Below, piece by piece: positions 29,644-43,190 of a stretch of DNA of 64,000 nucleotides. The stretch comes from the human T2T-CHM13v2.0 reference genome, Homo sapiens: NCBI RefSeq assembly GCF_009914755.1, contig NC_060940.1; one strand, 5' to 3'. The first letter of the stretch is position 1. Every line of letters starts with the position of its first letter. Below the pieces are notes generated by a model. That model was not told the origin of the DNA. It worked only from the letters and a program-made list of their open reading frames with translations, and did no database searches. A program made the translations under genes and the position numbers.

Positions 29644-32600
29644 AGCCGCACGCATGCACTTGTGTTTCAGTTGACCTTCCAAAGGCAGAGCAAAGCCTTC
29701 CGACTCAACTTCATCCCCGGCCCCACCTGGTGAGTACAGTGTCTTGTTGACTATCTATTTTTCTAATACTTAACTGAAGCCCCAAAATATAGTGTGACTG
29801 CCCTGGTGAACAGAGATATGCTCTACTGACCTTGACTTTGGAGGGCTCTGTGAAACTGTTGAGTAGCATTAGAAGGTCACTTTGGGCAGGCCAGTGAAAT
29901 GACAGAGGACCTGGTCTAGGGCTAGAATGCCTTAACATGGACTCCTCAAGCAAGTTCCTGGTGGCAATAAAATTTCAGTGTGTCCCTTGATGCCTTTATT
30001 TTGGTGTGCTGTTGTGGGATCAAAATAAAGGAAAAGCAGAAACCTTCCTTCCAAGTAACATGGCCACAGGCATCACGTTGCTGTCAAAATTACATTCTGA
30101 AGGAAGCCTGCACAGGAACGTGCAACTGGGGCTCCATTTAAAAACAGAAAAGAAATGAGATGTTATTTTTGAAGCAGTCAACTCGTGGAAATGATTACAA
30201 GTCATTTGGCAAACCCAAAGTCCCCTTGAAATTCTTATTTATTATTAGTTCCGGTTAATATTTCTGCTCTGAAAATGACAACATTCAAATCTTGGCTTGC
30301 CGTGATAGTTCAGATTGACAGGCTTGGCCGTTAACACCTTTTTGGTCTTCTGAACTGGGTATTGTAGTGTGCTTGGCAGGGGGGTGCGGCAGGAAAGTGA
30401 CAGACCTTGGAAGCTGAAGAGGAGGGAGGACCCACACGCTGGCTTCCTCAGTGATGGGTATCTAAGCACTTCAGTGCCTCACCTAAGAGCAGGTGACAAG
30501 AGCTTGGTGGCTTGCAGGAAGCACTGCAGTTAACTCTAGCCCCGCCCCCTTTTTTTCTTTATAATTTGTAGAGACCTCGGAAGCTGCTGTTATCTGAACC
30601 CATCATTAGCCAGCTCTACCTGCAGGAGGAGATGCTGAACCAGGCTAGGACCAGAGAAAGATGAGTGAGGCGAGGTAGTGTCACTCTGTTTCCTCCTGCT
30701 AGCAGCCATAAGGAGAGAGAATCATTTGTGGCACTCTGGGGACAGTTTTGTCACCCTGACAGTAATGCTGTTATGCGCTGGCTTGACACACAGGATGAAT
30801 CCATAAAGACAGATAAGTAACTGTGAAAGTGGCTGGGGATCAGGCTGAGTGCCACCACTCACCTGCAGTGACAAATAGATAGTCATGAAGGATTGGAAAT
30901 CCTGCCCAACACAGAGATCTGTCAGCAGAGAGATGGACTGCAACCCCAGTGACACAGGCAGCTGGAGCAAAGTGTGTGTGTGCACACATGCGCCCCCGAG
31001 GGGTGTGCGGGGAGGTTAACTTCAGAGCCTTGTTTCCGAGAGGGTGTGTGTGGTGGTGCAGGTGGGATGAGAAGATTTCGACACTTTTCCTTTATGAAGT
31101 AGAACTGTGGATGTTGTGTCTTTTTGTTGGTAAGTTCAGGCACATTTGGTTTAGAAGGCTGTGCTTACTTTCCGTTTTCCCCGGAATTTTTCTGATACCA
31201 ATAGGGGTCCCCATCTGCAAATCAAATGAATCCAAGTTATGAGAGCAAAATACTACTGCTGAACTGCTGATGTTGGTGGCACCAGGCAAGGGACAAGCGG
31301 AAGCAGGGGGGCCCTTATTTATCTTTTATGCTGGAAAGGCTTGTTCTTCCTGGCTGGAAATCTGCTTTTCGTCAATGAAAGAAATTCCAAGGGAATTGTT
31401 TGAAAAAACAAGCACAAGGCTGGAACTGCTGTTTCCCACTTGGGCTTGAGATCCGAACAGCGCTACGTTTTACAGTTTTGAAATCTGTTACTGTTATTAT
31501 GCAGAATAGATCATCTTTGTTGTAATTATCCTTGAGATCACAAATGCCGTATGGTGTTCTATTGTCTTTCTGGGAAGTTATGAAATAGATTTGAGGCGAA
31601 AAGTAAACATAAGCGATAAGAGTCAAACCTCATTGGGTCACTGTCAGCCATTTGGACAGAAGCCCTAAATGGCCCAGAGGCACAGCCATTTAGAACTCTT
31701 TTCTTTTTTTTTTTTTTTTTCAGTAGAATATTTTGACCCCCAGAGGTATGCGTAGCTATATCGGGGATCCAAAGGTTTCACACAGGATGAGTCCTGTGTC
31801 TACATGCAGCGTAGCAGGAGCTGGGAATGGAAGCAAACCAATATTCCAGCATCTGCTTCTAGAACAGTGATCAGGATCGCTATCGTTAATAAGATGGGTG
31901 TATGTGGGACCCAAGACTCATCTGTCAAGCCCTTCTTCTGACTGCTTTTAAGGTAATATTTTTAAAAAACAAGAAATTACAATAAGCTTTTTTTTTTCAA
32001 ATGAGTCTTCTTGTCCTATTCCTTTATTATTTTGCCACCTACCTTTGTCATCGGTGGAATTGTACTTCATCTATTTCAGCTTTACTTATCCTGCTAGTTT
32101 TACTTCTAGGAGCTTAACGTAGGGTACTGGTAATTCTAGAACTGGTTCCTGAAAAATGGTACATGTAGCTTTAAACTATTATCACCACTGTTGCTGCTGC
32201 TATTACTATTACTACTTCTACTTGAGTGCTATATATTTAAACATTTATTCTTTCTATGTAGGCAAGCCCTTGCAACCAGATATTTCTTTCCAAAGCCCTG
32301 GGGTCTATTTGTTAGCTTTAAGATTCTTTATTTTAGTTTATCATTTTGTGAGACTAAGAATATTTTAAAGCAGTTCAGCTGTAATGAAAACATTTTCTTT
32401 TTGACCCTGGGTTCTGAGTTTGACATGTTTTGACCCTATCATTCTAACCATGATTTAAATTCTGAATTTCCAGAAGCCTTATTAAAGATGTCAATTTGTG
32501 CACCAGAATGGTAAATGTTCCTGTGAACTTTGACTCCTAAAGGAAACTCTATTTTAAAAGAATAAAAGATTTTCCTGATAAATATGTTCCTCATTTTGGG

Positions 32601-33108
32601 CTAATACTTTCAGTCTGAACTGGGGAATGGGGCAGGGAGAGACCATTGCCTGACCCTACTTGCTCCCTCATTCTGTAATCCAAAGCTATTTTACAACCCA
32701 CAGCATTCGATTTTTATTTTGCCAAGAACACGTTGGTAATGGGATGTAAATCTCCCGGTGCACACCTGATTAAACAGGCCTGTATACGTGAATTAAAAAA
32801 GAGGGTGAGCCCCTTGCCATCACGGGGTGACAGGGAAGCACGCCAGATAACCGGAGCTCAGTTGGCTGAAGGGAGCTCGGTGGCTGTTTTTATTAACTTG
32901 AGAGCTAAGGTCATGCGGCTTCTTGGGGCCTTGGTGAGGAAATGTAAGTGAGAGGTCTTTCCCTGGCTGCAGATCTCCTCATTCTGATGTGCAAGGATGC
33001 TCCTGGAAGTGGTCTGGCCCCCACCCGCCTGACTCTGGTCACAATGGCCACTGTCAGGCACCAAGGCACGTACCACTGAGGCTGGGGACAGCTGAGTGTT
33101 AGCATAAC

Positions 33109-33473
33109 ATTTTATTTTATTTTATTTTATTTTATTTTATTTTATTTTATTTTATTTTATTTTATTTATTAATGTACTGATTTTTGACCTGGGGTCTTGC
33201 TCCATCATCCAGTCTGGAGTGCAGTGGTGCAATCATAGCTCACTGCAGCCTCAAACTCCTCGGCTTGAGCCTTCTTCTGCCTCCGCCTTCCCAGTAGCTG
33301 GGACTAGGGACTACAGGCGCACACCATCACACTTAGCTAATTTTTAAACTTTTTTTAGGAATGGGGTCTTACTGTGTTGCCCAGGCTGGTCTCGAACTCC
33401 TGGACTCAAGCGTTCCACTCACCTTGGCCTCCCAAAGAGCTGTGATTGCAGGTGTGCACCACCGCATCCGGCC
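33109..33473 (-). mobile_element. AluJ-like element with (TTTTA)n tail
   Basis: Both arms present. Tail expanded into a pentanucleotide repeat at 33109-33170. 7-bp GGGACTA tandem duplication at 33300-33313. Confidence 0.92.
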
Positions 33474-34029
33474 CACAGTTACTCATTCTGCTGACCTCTG
33501 TTGCTGCTCTCCTGAGTATATTCCGGCTTTGTAGTCAGGACATCAGATACTAGCATTTGTCAATAAAAAGTGTCAAATGATGTGAACTTCCTCAGTCTTA
33601 CCACCAAACCCTACTTTTCAGCGAGAGTGCTTGCAGAGAGAAATTTCTTCTAGAGGGTTTGGCTTGCCTTGTCACTTTCTGGTTCTCCCTGTCTTCACCA
33701 GATCAAACTATTCGCAGAGAAAACCGGGCCACCTCTTGGACCTTTCTGGGAATGGAAAAATTATTTTGGTGATAAGATGTTTCCAGCCCACTGTTAGGGA
33801 TCATGGCACTGTGCCCATCAACACTTGGTATTACCCCAGCCTCCTTGGAGTCCTCGTCCCCATCTCCCTCTGACCTGAGTAACTTTGAGGAACTTTAGTA
33901 TATTTGGAACCCGTATGCCAGCAGCACTGTTGGAAGCTATCAGGAGGACACCTGGTAACTAACTAACTTACTAGCTAACTTACTAACTTATACAGCTCAA
34001 CTAACTTATACAGCAGAGCTGTTTAGACT

Positions 34030-34400
34030 AGCCACTTTTGCACACAGTACTTCTCTTGATCCTCCTAACCCAGTGAGATGAATGAGGTAGATATTATTGG
34101 TCCCGCCTTGCCTTGGGGACACTAGCATCTGAGGAGTTACCACTACTAGTGAGTGTTGGGACCGGGATTCCCCATAGCATTTTTGCTGTCCCAGGAGACT
34201 TTCATATGCATTGTTTTCCTGGGTCCTTACGGTAGTCCATGCAGTAGGTGAGACAGGTGATGAAGTTTTGGTCTGCAAATGGGGATGCTGAAACTCAGAG
34301 AGGCTGACTGGCTTTCTTGGGGACATGGCAGCTGACAAGTGACACAACTGGAAACGTATCCCAGCCCTTCCAACTTTTAGACCGACACCCTTTCATTACA
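34030..34400 (-). mobile_element. MIR fragments (two)
   Basis: Degenerate MIR cores, e.g. 'gcaaatggggatgctgaaactcagagagg'. Boundaries approximate. Confidence 0.55.
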
Positions 34401-35299
34401 CGAGGACTAACTCCACAATTATGAAAATCTCAAAAACAAAGCTACTCTGAAGTCTCTATATAGCTTTGCCCTTCATATGATTCCAAATTCCCATGCCAGT
34501 GAAGCTGCAGTTCCGGGGAAAATCCCGTGAAAGGAAAGTCTTCTTTGGCTAGCTATTCAGACCAGGCCAGGGAGGGCTTAGCAGTGTGCCCTACACCCAG
34601 CGCATGTGCTCACCAGCCCATTGGTATTGAAGGTGCTAACAGTCTGGACTCAGATCCTGGCACTGCCCACCATTTGCTGACTCATGTCCCAGGCATTTGC
34701 AAAGTGTATGGGCTGTCATACAGAAATAGAGTGGATGTTTGGAAGAAGAGTATCAGGTGTAGCTCAGGACCAGTAGGAAAGGTGTCCCTGCCAGTGGGGA
34801 CAGAGAGCAAAAGCAACGGGACAAACATTGAAGGCACAATACTGCACTGTAGAGGCCTCCCATCTCTGCAGCCCCAGCTTGGATCACAAGGGAAGTTACT
34901 GCACAGCCAAGTATGCTGCATTTGCAAAGGTCAGGCTTTAATTACATGCACAGTTAAATGGAAATACTGTAGAGAGGTCACACTCATATTTCTTTGGCTT
35001 TCATTAATGTTGTTGCTCTGTCACTTTCCCTCTCCTTAGGTTTGTAAATGAAAGTTCCTTTAGTACATTTAAAAGCATTATTTATTTTTAATTGTCTTAC
35101 CTCTGGAGGGAGAGGTTACTTCTTTTTGGGGTGTTTTTGGTTGTTGTTGTTTTTTTTTGTTTTCTTTTTTTGAATAGACTTAAAAAAAAAAACTTTGCCT
35201 ATGCATTTCTGGTTAATTTATTTCAAACCTTTTGCTTTTTATAGTCTTATCTACTAATACTTTTGATTAAAACACAAGCAAAAACCAGCCAACATGAAC

Positions 35300-35650
35300 A
35301 GGTTGAATGCCACATCTGTGCAGAAGATAGCAGCTCACTTATTTATGGCTCAGAGAAATGGAGCCTAAATTAAGCTAGCTATTGCTGGAGAGTGGATAAG
35401 CGGCCATTATGAATTATCCTTAATTATAGCGATTTCCTAAACTAATAAACCTGCTAAATCTTTATTGCAAAGGTTAGTTTACGCAGTGCATATAAAATCC
35501 GCATGTGCTCCGCATCAGCCACCAGCTGTCTGACAGTGTGTTGCTATTGCAGTGAGTGTTCACATAAATTTTATGTTGGTTATATTAACAGTCCGTCCAT
35601 ATCACTACCCACAGATGCCAGTAGACATAAAAATTGCTCTCTAGTGAGCC
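35300..35650. promoter_or_regulatory. Candidate highly conserved enhancer
   Basis: TTTATGG (35342-35348), CTGTCTGACAG (35526-35536), CATAAA motifs, several CpGs in an AT-rich context. Inference only. Confidence 0.45.
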
Positions 35651-36599
35651 TAAATATCCCTAGAAGCTAGTTGTGTCTAATGTTCCATGTAGTATTTGAA
35701 CGTGAAAGCACCAGATTGGAGGGTTATTTACAGATGAATATTTCAATCCACTTAGTTCATATAGGCCTACTTAGCCTTCTTTGCTGGTTTATTTGTATGC
35801 TAAATAATTCACCAAAGGTTCTTGTTTACTTTCTATAGTAGTTTCTATGAAATGCAAACAAGGGAGCCAAGTTGAGGTGTTCAAAAGGCTAAGCAGCTCT
35901 GTGTTTAAATGCAGGTCAGAGCAGCAAATGCAGTCTTACTGACGGGCTGTCACTCAGTTTTACACATTCCTCTCTCCTCTGTCTTTTTTTTTTTCTTCCT
36001 CCTCCAGATATAACTGGGGCTTGCTGCTTTCATAGGAATTTTTGGTTGGACTATCTTCTAAATTTGTCTTTTTCAATACCTGCCTGTGTGCTACCTTCAG
36101 CTTGCACAATTAACCACCCAATGCCAGCAGCAAAGAACACATCCCTGGCTTTGAGAAGCTTCCCCACGGTCCTCTGGGCTAACAAGAACAGGTCAATCCT
36201 CAGCTCTTGAAATGTCCTTGTTGTCTTCCTTTTTTTCCTTTCTCATTTTCTTATTTTTCTTTTCTTTTTCTTTCATTTCTCTCCCATGGTTTTTTCTAGT
36301 GCATTTCCAGATCTCAAGATTTGAAAGGACAGCAAATAGGACTTTTTTCCTTGAGAGCCCTGAGCTCGCCCAGCCTCTGTCAACCTGAAAGCCAGAAGGG
36401 CAAAGTCTAGCTCTAAAAAATGCAGCCTTGAGAAGCCCTTAGAATATATGTTCACCCAGGGGTGAGAAGGATCATTGTTTTCTGGCAAGGTAACAGTTAC
36501 CTGGCCCTATTGTTCACATGTCCCCATGGCTGAGGTTATGAATGAAAAATACCTATCTGCCCCCACATTTTGCAAAGGTTTACGATCCTAAACATTTGC

Positions 36600-37110
36600 C
36601 CCCAAAGAGATGGGAAAATAGCCTCCTCCATTTTCAGCCAGGCACTGCCAAGATCATGGGCGAGTTCAATAGCAGTGCTAACTTTTTATTTAATAATATT
36701 GATTTTATCATTTTTACTACTTACAATGGGGATTGGTCGGCTGATAGTTATTTGACCTCCCTTTGTGCATGGCTGTGGAGTGCTTCGTTAAGGCTATTGA
36801 CATATATCTCTCTTCCCCACTCTTCTTCCAGCAGCCCATCTCGGCAAATAATATTGAGATGCGGTAACTGTTCCCTGATATTGATTTCAGATTGTGTTCA
36901 TCACACCCTTCTCGGGGCCAGGCAGAGAGCAGCAGCCCCAGTTCTGCAAATCCTTGATGGCTGCAGGCTGAAGTATCGTTTCCATCTTTCAAGCAAGAAT
37001 ATCAACCATATATATTTCCAAAACATTACCCAAGAAAACGAAAGCATTTTTTGATCATGATTATTTTTTTACACATACATAATTAAACTGATCGCTCCAG
37101 TTTTATGTTG
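36600..37110. promoter_or_regulatory. Candidate conserved non-coding element
   Basis: Repeat-free, CpG-retaining, with SOX-like (ACAATG, ATTGT) and ATTGAT motifs. Inference only. Confidence 0.35.
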
Positions 37111-37889
37111 GGCTTTTTCTGCACTTTTCTTTTTAAGGAATGCTAGAAGATCCATGGGTCCCTGAGCTGGTAGAAGGAACTCTGATTACATTTTTAAGCT
37201 TCAGGGATTCAGGATTTGGCACACTCGGCCAGACCCAGGGCCTCGTTGACCTTCAGTTCTCAGCCAGCTGGGGCCGTCTGCACCACCTGGGCCTAAAAAG
37301 TTCCATGTTTGGCCCCTGTGGAGTCAGTTGAGATGGCAGGGTATTTAAAAGAACCAGAGGTTTAACATTCAGGGAGAGCCTACCTAATCTAGTGATTACA
37401 ATCAGACGTAGGAAGGACATGATGCAGAGTTTAGGTTTGCATATTTATTTAAAACACCAAACACCAAGCAAATACTAATAATATTGGAAATTATACGTTC
37501 CATGGGGAAAAACAAAAAGGCAATAGAGAATCTATACCAAGAGTGATTATATCTGAGCAGTAGAATTGCAGGTTATTTATATTTTTTCTCTTTGGGCATT
37601 TCTATGTTTTCTTAATTTTCTTTTGTAATTAGAAAAAAAGAAGCCTATTCATAAGTATTATTTTTTTTTAATGGAAAGATTAGTTGGATTGGAGCTCCAG
37701 AAGATCCCTGTCCACCAAAGTGAATGCATTAGCCAGGGTTGAAATTGACTCACTGGCCATGCTAATCTCTGCCCCAAGGGAAGTGGGACAGACATCACTC
37801 CTATCATTGTGCACCTGCCAGTTTTCATTTTGTAAATCCAGTGGGGGTTGTGCTAGCCCTTGCCGCTGAAGCAGACATACAAAATGGTT

Positions 37890-38130
37890 AGGAAGAAGGG
37901 CCATGGAGTCAGATAAGCCTGGGTTTGATTATTGGTTCTTTCTCTTGCCAGCTATGACTTTGAGCAGGTTACTTAACTTTCTCTATGCCTTGGTTTTTTC
38001 ATCTGGAAAGTGGATTTTTGACAACCCATCTCATTTAACAGGTTATCTCATTAAATGAGATAGTGTATAGTAAGCTCTTAACCTAGTGCCTGGCATCTAG
38101 TAAGCAATCAATACGTGTTAATTATCATTA
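37890..38130 (+). mobile_element. MIR
   Basis: 'ggagtcagataagcctgggtttga...tgactttgagcaggttacttaac...agtgcctggcatctagtaagc'. Confidence 0.85.
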
Positions 38131-39989
38131 CTGGCATCGGGCATCTGTAGAGCAATTTCCTCTTCAAACTAGACTCATAATGAGAATTAGCCTAAACACA
38201 GTCTGCAGAATGGTCATTTTTTTCTCCTTAAGCACAAATGAGACTCAGTTGAGATCTGCCCCAGTGTCTAATACATATAAGATTTTCTAGGACATCCTGA
38301 TTTTATATAGCATTCTTTGATTAAAGGCAATTCATTTTAAAATGTATATCTAAATGGAAATTTTTTGAAGATTTTAAAATAAATAAATATATGTATGTAT
38401 CAGGAGAAAACCTTAGAGGTCTTTATTCACGATTCTGAACATATGATCACCATACTGATAGCTCTTTGACATAGAAGGTGCTCCTCCCCACACCTTCTAT
38501 CCAAAGCAAGTATTATTCCAGAAAAATACTGGAAACCTATCAGGAATCTTTAGAATATCGTCCATTTTTTTAGAGTCAGTTTTGCTATTCTCATGCATTT
38601 CTTACTTATAGGGTCAAAAACACTTTCTAATACCACGGATGGCATGGAATTCTTCCCTGCAGGCAGCCATCTTCAAGACTGAAAGCAGAATTTAAAAAGC
38701 AGCTAAATTAGAGACTTTACACAGTTGCTGGATCCTGCTTAATGAGAGACAGCGAACATTTTGCAGGCTACTGAACTTCTGAAATGTGACAATCCAAGCA
38801 AATGAAATCATGGTACCTTTCATTGTAGTTTAATTGGACTCAAACTCGGCAAGAGGGGCTGCTGAAAGCTGTATTCAAAGAGACAGACAGGAATTGTACA
38901 ACAACTAATTCAGCCCACACAACACATCTTACAACTGTCCAAGCTCCACACTTGCTCTCAAGACTGACTCTTTTGGTCAAGAGAGAGATAGACCTGCAGT
39001 GAACAAAAGCACAGATTGTAAGGCAGGCCAAATACTGGCATTGGGAATGGCATAGCTGTCACCCCAAGTTATGCATTTGAAATAGCTCAGTCTCATGGCA
39101 GCCAGTACAGGCCAATTTATTTTAAAGAGGAAAAGAGAAGTGAAACAAACTTAGGCCCTCTCTTCTGCCTGTTAGGGTGTCAAGATATCAGTGTCAAGGA
39201 GTCCAGTTAACAGAAGGGTGAGGATGAGTTGAGCATAAACACTAACAAGAGAAGAACTTAGCACAGGCCTCCTGTTGAGTGGAGCTAAATGGCAGTCCCA
39301 GTTGAGTAACCCAAAAAGCAGAGAATTACCGTAGCTGTCAGGAGTGGGACCAAAATCCTGTCAGGCAGCGGTAAAGGGGATGGGAACGGTTTGAGGGAAA
39401 GGCGAGTTTTGTGGGGGAGTGAGGTCAAGAAGTAGACTGTTTTAGGGCATGCATGTCTGAACTTAGGAGGCCCTTGGACTGTTTAGGAGGGTGTCTTGGC
39501 TTCCTTGTTTTGTTCTTGTATCATTTGAGCTCTGTGGCCTGAAACTGATTATATCATCTCAGCCCCTTCTGGTGTAACCATCCCGCCTGACCACTTGAGT
39601 CCACGTTTACTGTTATTATGGCTGTAGGTTTAGCCAGTAAGGCTAAAAGAGTGGACAAATTGGGTGCCTGCATGTAACAGGCCATCCTGGACATTGATTT
39701 TTGAAGGTTCATTAGATAAATGCTGACATCACAGATTGATGTCTCTTTAAACCAGTACCTAGTGCAGGACCGTCTGGGGAATCAAAAATATTGATGTAAA
39801 CATGTTTGAGTAGAAGGCCCACTGGAGAATTCCACTGCCTAAATGGGATCCATCAATTTAGGCTTTCTTTAATTATTCTAATTCTATGCATCACATCAAT
39901 AGGGGAGTTTGTCTGCAGAACCGGTTTTTATAGGGGGTGCCGCCCCTACGTTAGGGGCAAAGGAAGGCCGGACAAGGTATCCACATCTA

Positions 39990-40330
39990 TTTTTCATTGT
40001 TGTTTTGAGTTGCTGTTTAGTAATTAAAATTTTTGATCATAGACTAATTTTCCCATACCATGTGGCCGTGCGATTGACAAGGGACTGATTAATGGGCTGA
40101 CCCCAGGGCCAGGAGGCTGCTGGGCTCTTCTCTTGTGGAAGGCATGCCGGCAAAATAAAGTTGATGGTTTTGTTTGTGTTTAACCCTTCACCTTGGCACT
40201 ATCAATAGATTGAAGACATCATTTGTATCTGCAAGTGTTTCTTTAATTAAGACCTCCTAAAAATCTTTCCTATTGATTCATTCCATTATCCTATTGATTA
40301 ACTGCAGTGGATCATGTACTTGGTCTTCAG
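39990..40330. promoter_or_regulatory. Candidate enhancer with PBX-HOX-type site
   Basis: TGATTAATGG at 40086-40095, further TGATTAAC/TAATTAA motifs, repeat-free. Inference only. Confidence 0.35.
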
Positions 40331-41627
40331 TGGAAGGCAACAGCCTCAGCCGTCTGTCATGACTACAGATGCAGACCACAGGCAGCCAGCAGCCAGCGCC
40401 CAGGGCTGGCAGGAGTGTCTCGCGTTCTAATGAGGCATCAGCGGTGGCTCACTGAACACCACAGAGAAAGCCAGTTGTCTCCTGCTGAAGGGGTGGCCAA
40501 GCATAAAGCATTCCTTCCAGTTATTTATACTGCAGCCACTTAGCTAACAGTATGTACGGGGCTACTGGCAGTCTTGAGCTGGGGGAGGGGAAGGATTCTG
40601 CTGTGCATCTGAATTTGAAAATCTTGAGCTTTGAAATAAAAGCAGACTCTGAAATCTAGGTGCAAGGCATGGTTCAAAGGCTGACTGTTCGTGTTCCTTT
40701 CCCCAGGCTGTAGTTTTGTGCCCCGCCCCATCCTCACACTGTCCCCCATCCTATCAGCCTCCTCACTAGGATGGCTAACTAGGAAGTACCACAGGGGGCT
40801 TCCGTTTTGGAAGGAGCTTCCCTCTGACTCGGTCAGAAAGAAGGGCTGGCCCTTGTTTTTACCATCTGCCACTGGACATACATCTAAATCATCCCCTGCT
40901 ATTAAAAAATGAAGAAACCTGTGGCTGGACTAGTTCTTAAACTTCATGTTTTGCAATATTCCTTAACATTGACAGTTACAAAGAATTATTCTGGTTGGAG
41001 TTTAAAGAGAGAAGGACCTTATTAGGCTGTAGTTGGGTATTCTGGGATATGCGAAATCAAGTGAGTTAAAACACTAGGCACATAGTAGGTTCTCAATCAA
41101 TAAACCAATAATTGTTGATCCACCAAAAATTCACCTTTCTTCCTCTCCTACGTGTCCTGTTGCGTCCCTATTCAAGCATTCTCTGCCTCCCCATCCATCA
41201 AGTAGACTCAAGAAAATGGCCTTCTCAAGGGATGGGACACCTTTCTTCCCAAATGGAATCCAACAGGAAAGAGAAAATATAGAAGTGAGGGTACCAGGCA
41301 GGAGGCAGATTAAGTTCAGAGAATCTGATGTCTCTCTTCTCTGACTCTTTAGTAGGCAAATTAATTAAGTTTTACTTTTGGAGTGAAAAATTCTAAGACT
41401 TTGAAACATCTCTCCTCAGCAAGTTTATAATGGTCTTCATCTTCAGGATCAGGCTTGGCGTGGGTTTTCAGGAACGTGTGTGGCCCTGAGTTAAAGTCAG
41501 TGGCTTTTTTAAAATAGTCCCCGAGAAAGGAAGGCAGAAAGTCCCACCTCCCCCATGTGTATTTTGGGATTAGGAAAGCTAGTGGTTACTGGGAGGAGCT
41601 CTCTCTCTTCTCTCTCTCTCTCTCCCC

Positions 41628-41755
41628 TTTTTTTTTTTGAGGAGGGAGGTAGAGACTGTCTCAATGTGTTGTTCTCAAACTCCTAGCCTCAAGCTCTCCT
41701 CCCACCTCAGCCTCCCAAAGTGTTGGGATTACAAGCATGTGCATTGCACCCAGCC
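41628..41755 (-). mobile_element. Alu left monomer (FLAM-like) with adjacent (CT)n tract
   Basis: Single arm 'caaactcctagcctcaag...cctcccaaagtgttgggattaca'. Direct repeats aggagctct/aggaactct. Confidence 0.8.
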
Positions 41756-42319
41756 CAGGAACTCTTCTTTCTAATATGAGTATTTATAGAATACTCATGT
41801 ACAGAATTTTCATTCTATAGATTTAAAGAATAAAAATTTATAGAATACTCATTTATAGACTCCCATCTATAGAATATTAAAATCAAAATTGAGTGCAAAT
41901 TCAGGGCCGATTTGTGTTTCTTCTATCAGCAGTTGTTAACAACCAATTGTTTGCACCAAACCCAAGGGCTTGATTTCCCTTGGCACTAAATGTTATGTTT
42001 TGGGTGTCTTATAGTCTGTCCTGTGAGTTAACATTGTACAATAAACTGTTTTATCAGGACTTGCTGATCATCCTGCCTGCTAGTTCTACCCTCGAAAACT
42101 GTTTTTTTTAATGCTTATTTCAATACTTCTGTGAAATTTGACGTTATGAAGATATCCCCAAACTCTTCTCCAAAAAAAAAAGCAGAAATTTACTTATATC
42201 TAAGTTTACTTTTCCTAAGCCAAGTGATTCAGAAACTTTTAGGAAATAATTTTGAGGCTAAATATTTCTGGGTTTGCTTTTTTAATTAACATGTTTTAAA
42301 TTAGCATGTAATCTGTCTT

Positions 42320-42917
42320 CATTAAAGACATGTTTTGAAAATTCAGAGAAGTATAAAACAGAAAGGAAAAGTCTCCTGTAAGCCTACCACCTTGGGTACC
42401 ACTAGGAATATTTGAGCCTGTTGCCTCCCAGTCTGTTTTTAATGCATATATACTTGTATATATACTTTTTAAAGCAATATTAGGATCATAATATTTTATA
42501 ACTTTTGCCTCTTTTCACTTACTATATCATAAGCAGGTTTTCTTATCTTTAAATATTCCTTGGGAACATGATTATTAAGGGAAACTAGAATTCCCTTGTA
42601 TGGATATGCCATAATTTATTTAACTTTTCTCCTATCATTAGACATTTAGGTTGTTTCCTATTTTTTTCCCTATCATATAAAATGCTGGGATGAATATCCT
42701 TGTCTAAAAATTTTGTGTGAATCTTTATCACCTAAGGATAGATTCCTAGAAATTGAATTACCGAGCCAAGGATTCACACATTTTTAAGGCTCTACCACAT
42801 ACTGCAAAATGTTCTTCCAAAAAGTGCAACAAGTTATATAGGCTCCCCAAGTAGCCAGTGAGCATACCTGTTTTTCTGTAGCTTTAACCAGAACTGGAAA
42901 GAGGGAGAGAGAGAGAG

Positions 42918-42967
<50 letters not shown>

Positions 42968-43190
42968 CTGTTTTAGTTTGATAGTTTAGAAAACCAGCAC
43001 AGTATCTTTTTGATTTAATTTGCATTCTTTTGATAATGAATGAGGTAGCAGTATTTTCTTATATTTAAAGGCTATTTCTATTTCTTCGTTTGTGAAATAC
43101 TTGTTCATGTCGTTTGCCCATTTTGGGGGAATGCTTGGCTTTTTCTAATTGATTCAAATATTTTTTTCTTTTTAATTAAGAATTGTGGCC
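42320..43190 (-). mobile_element. Old L1M 3' fragment
   Basis: 'gacatttaggttgtttcc', 'ggatagattcctagaa' and 'tttaatttgcatt' are typical of antisense L1M ORF2 end / 3' UTR. Confidence 0.75.
42905..42964 (+). repeat. Compound (GA)n(GT)22 microsatellite
   Basis: Read directly from the sequence. Confidence 0.97.

Noticed and set aside
34527-35039. 170-aa ORF
   Set aside because: GTG start, no recognisable domain and no exon structure. Consistent with a chance ORF.
36542-37054. 170-aa ATG-initiated ORF
   Set aside because: No recognisable protein similarity. It overlaps an enhancer-like block, and its composition reflects AT-rich DNA.
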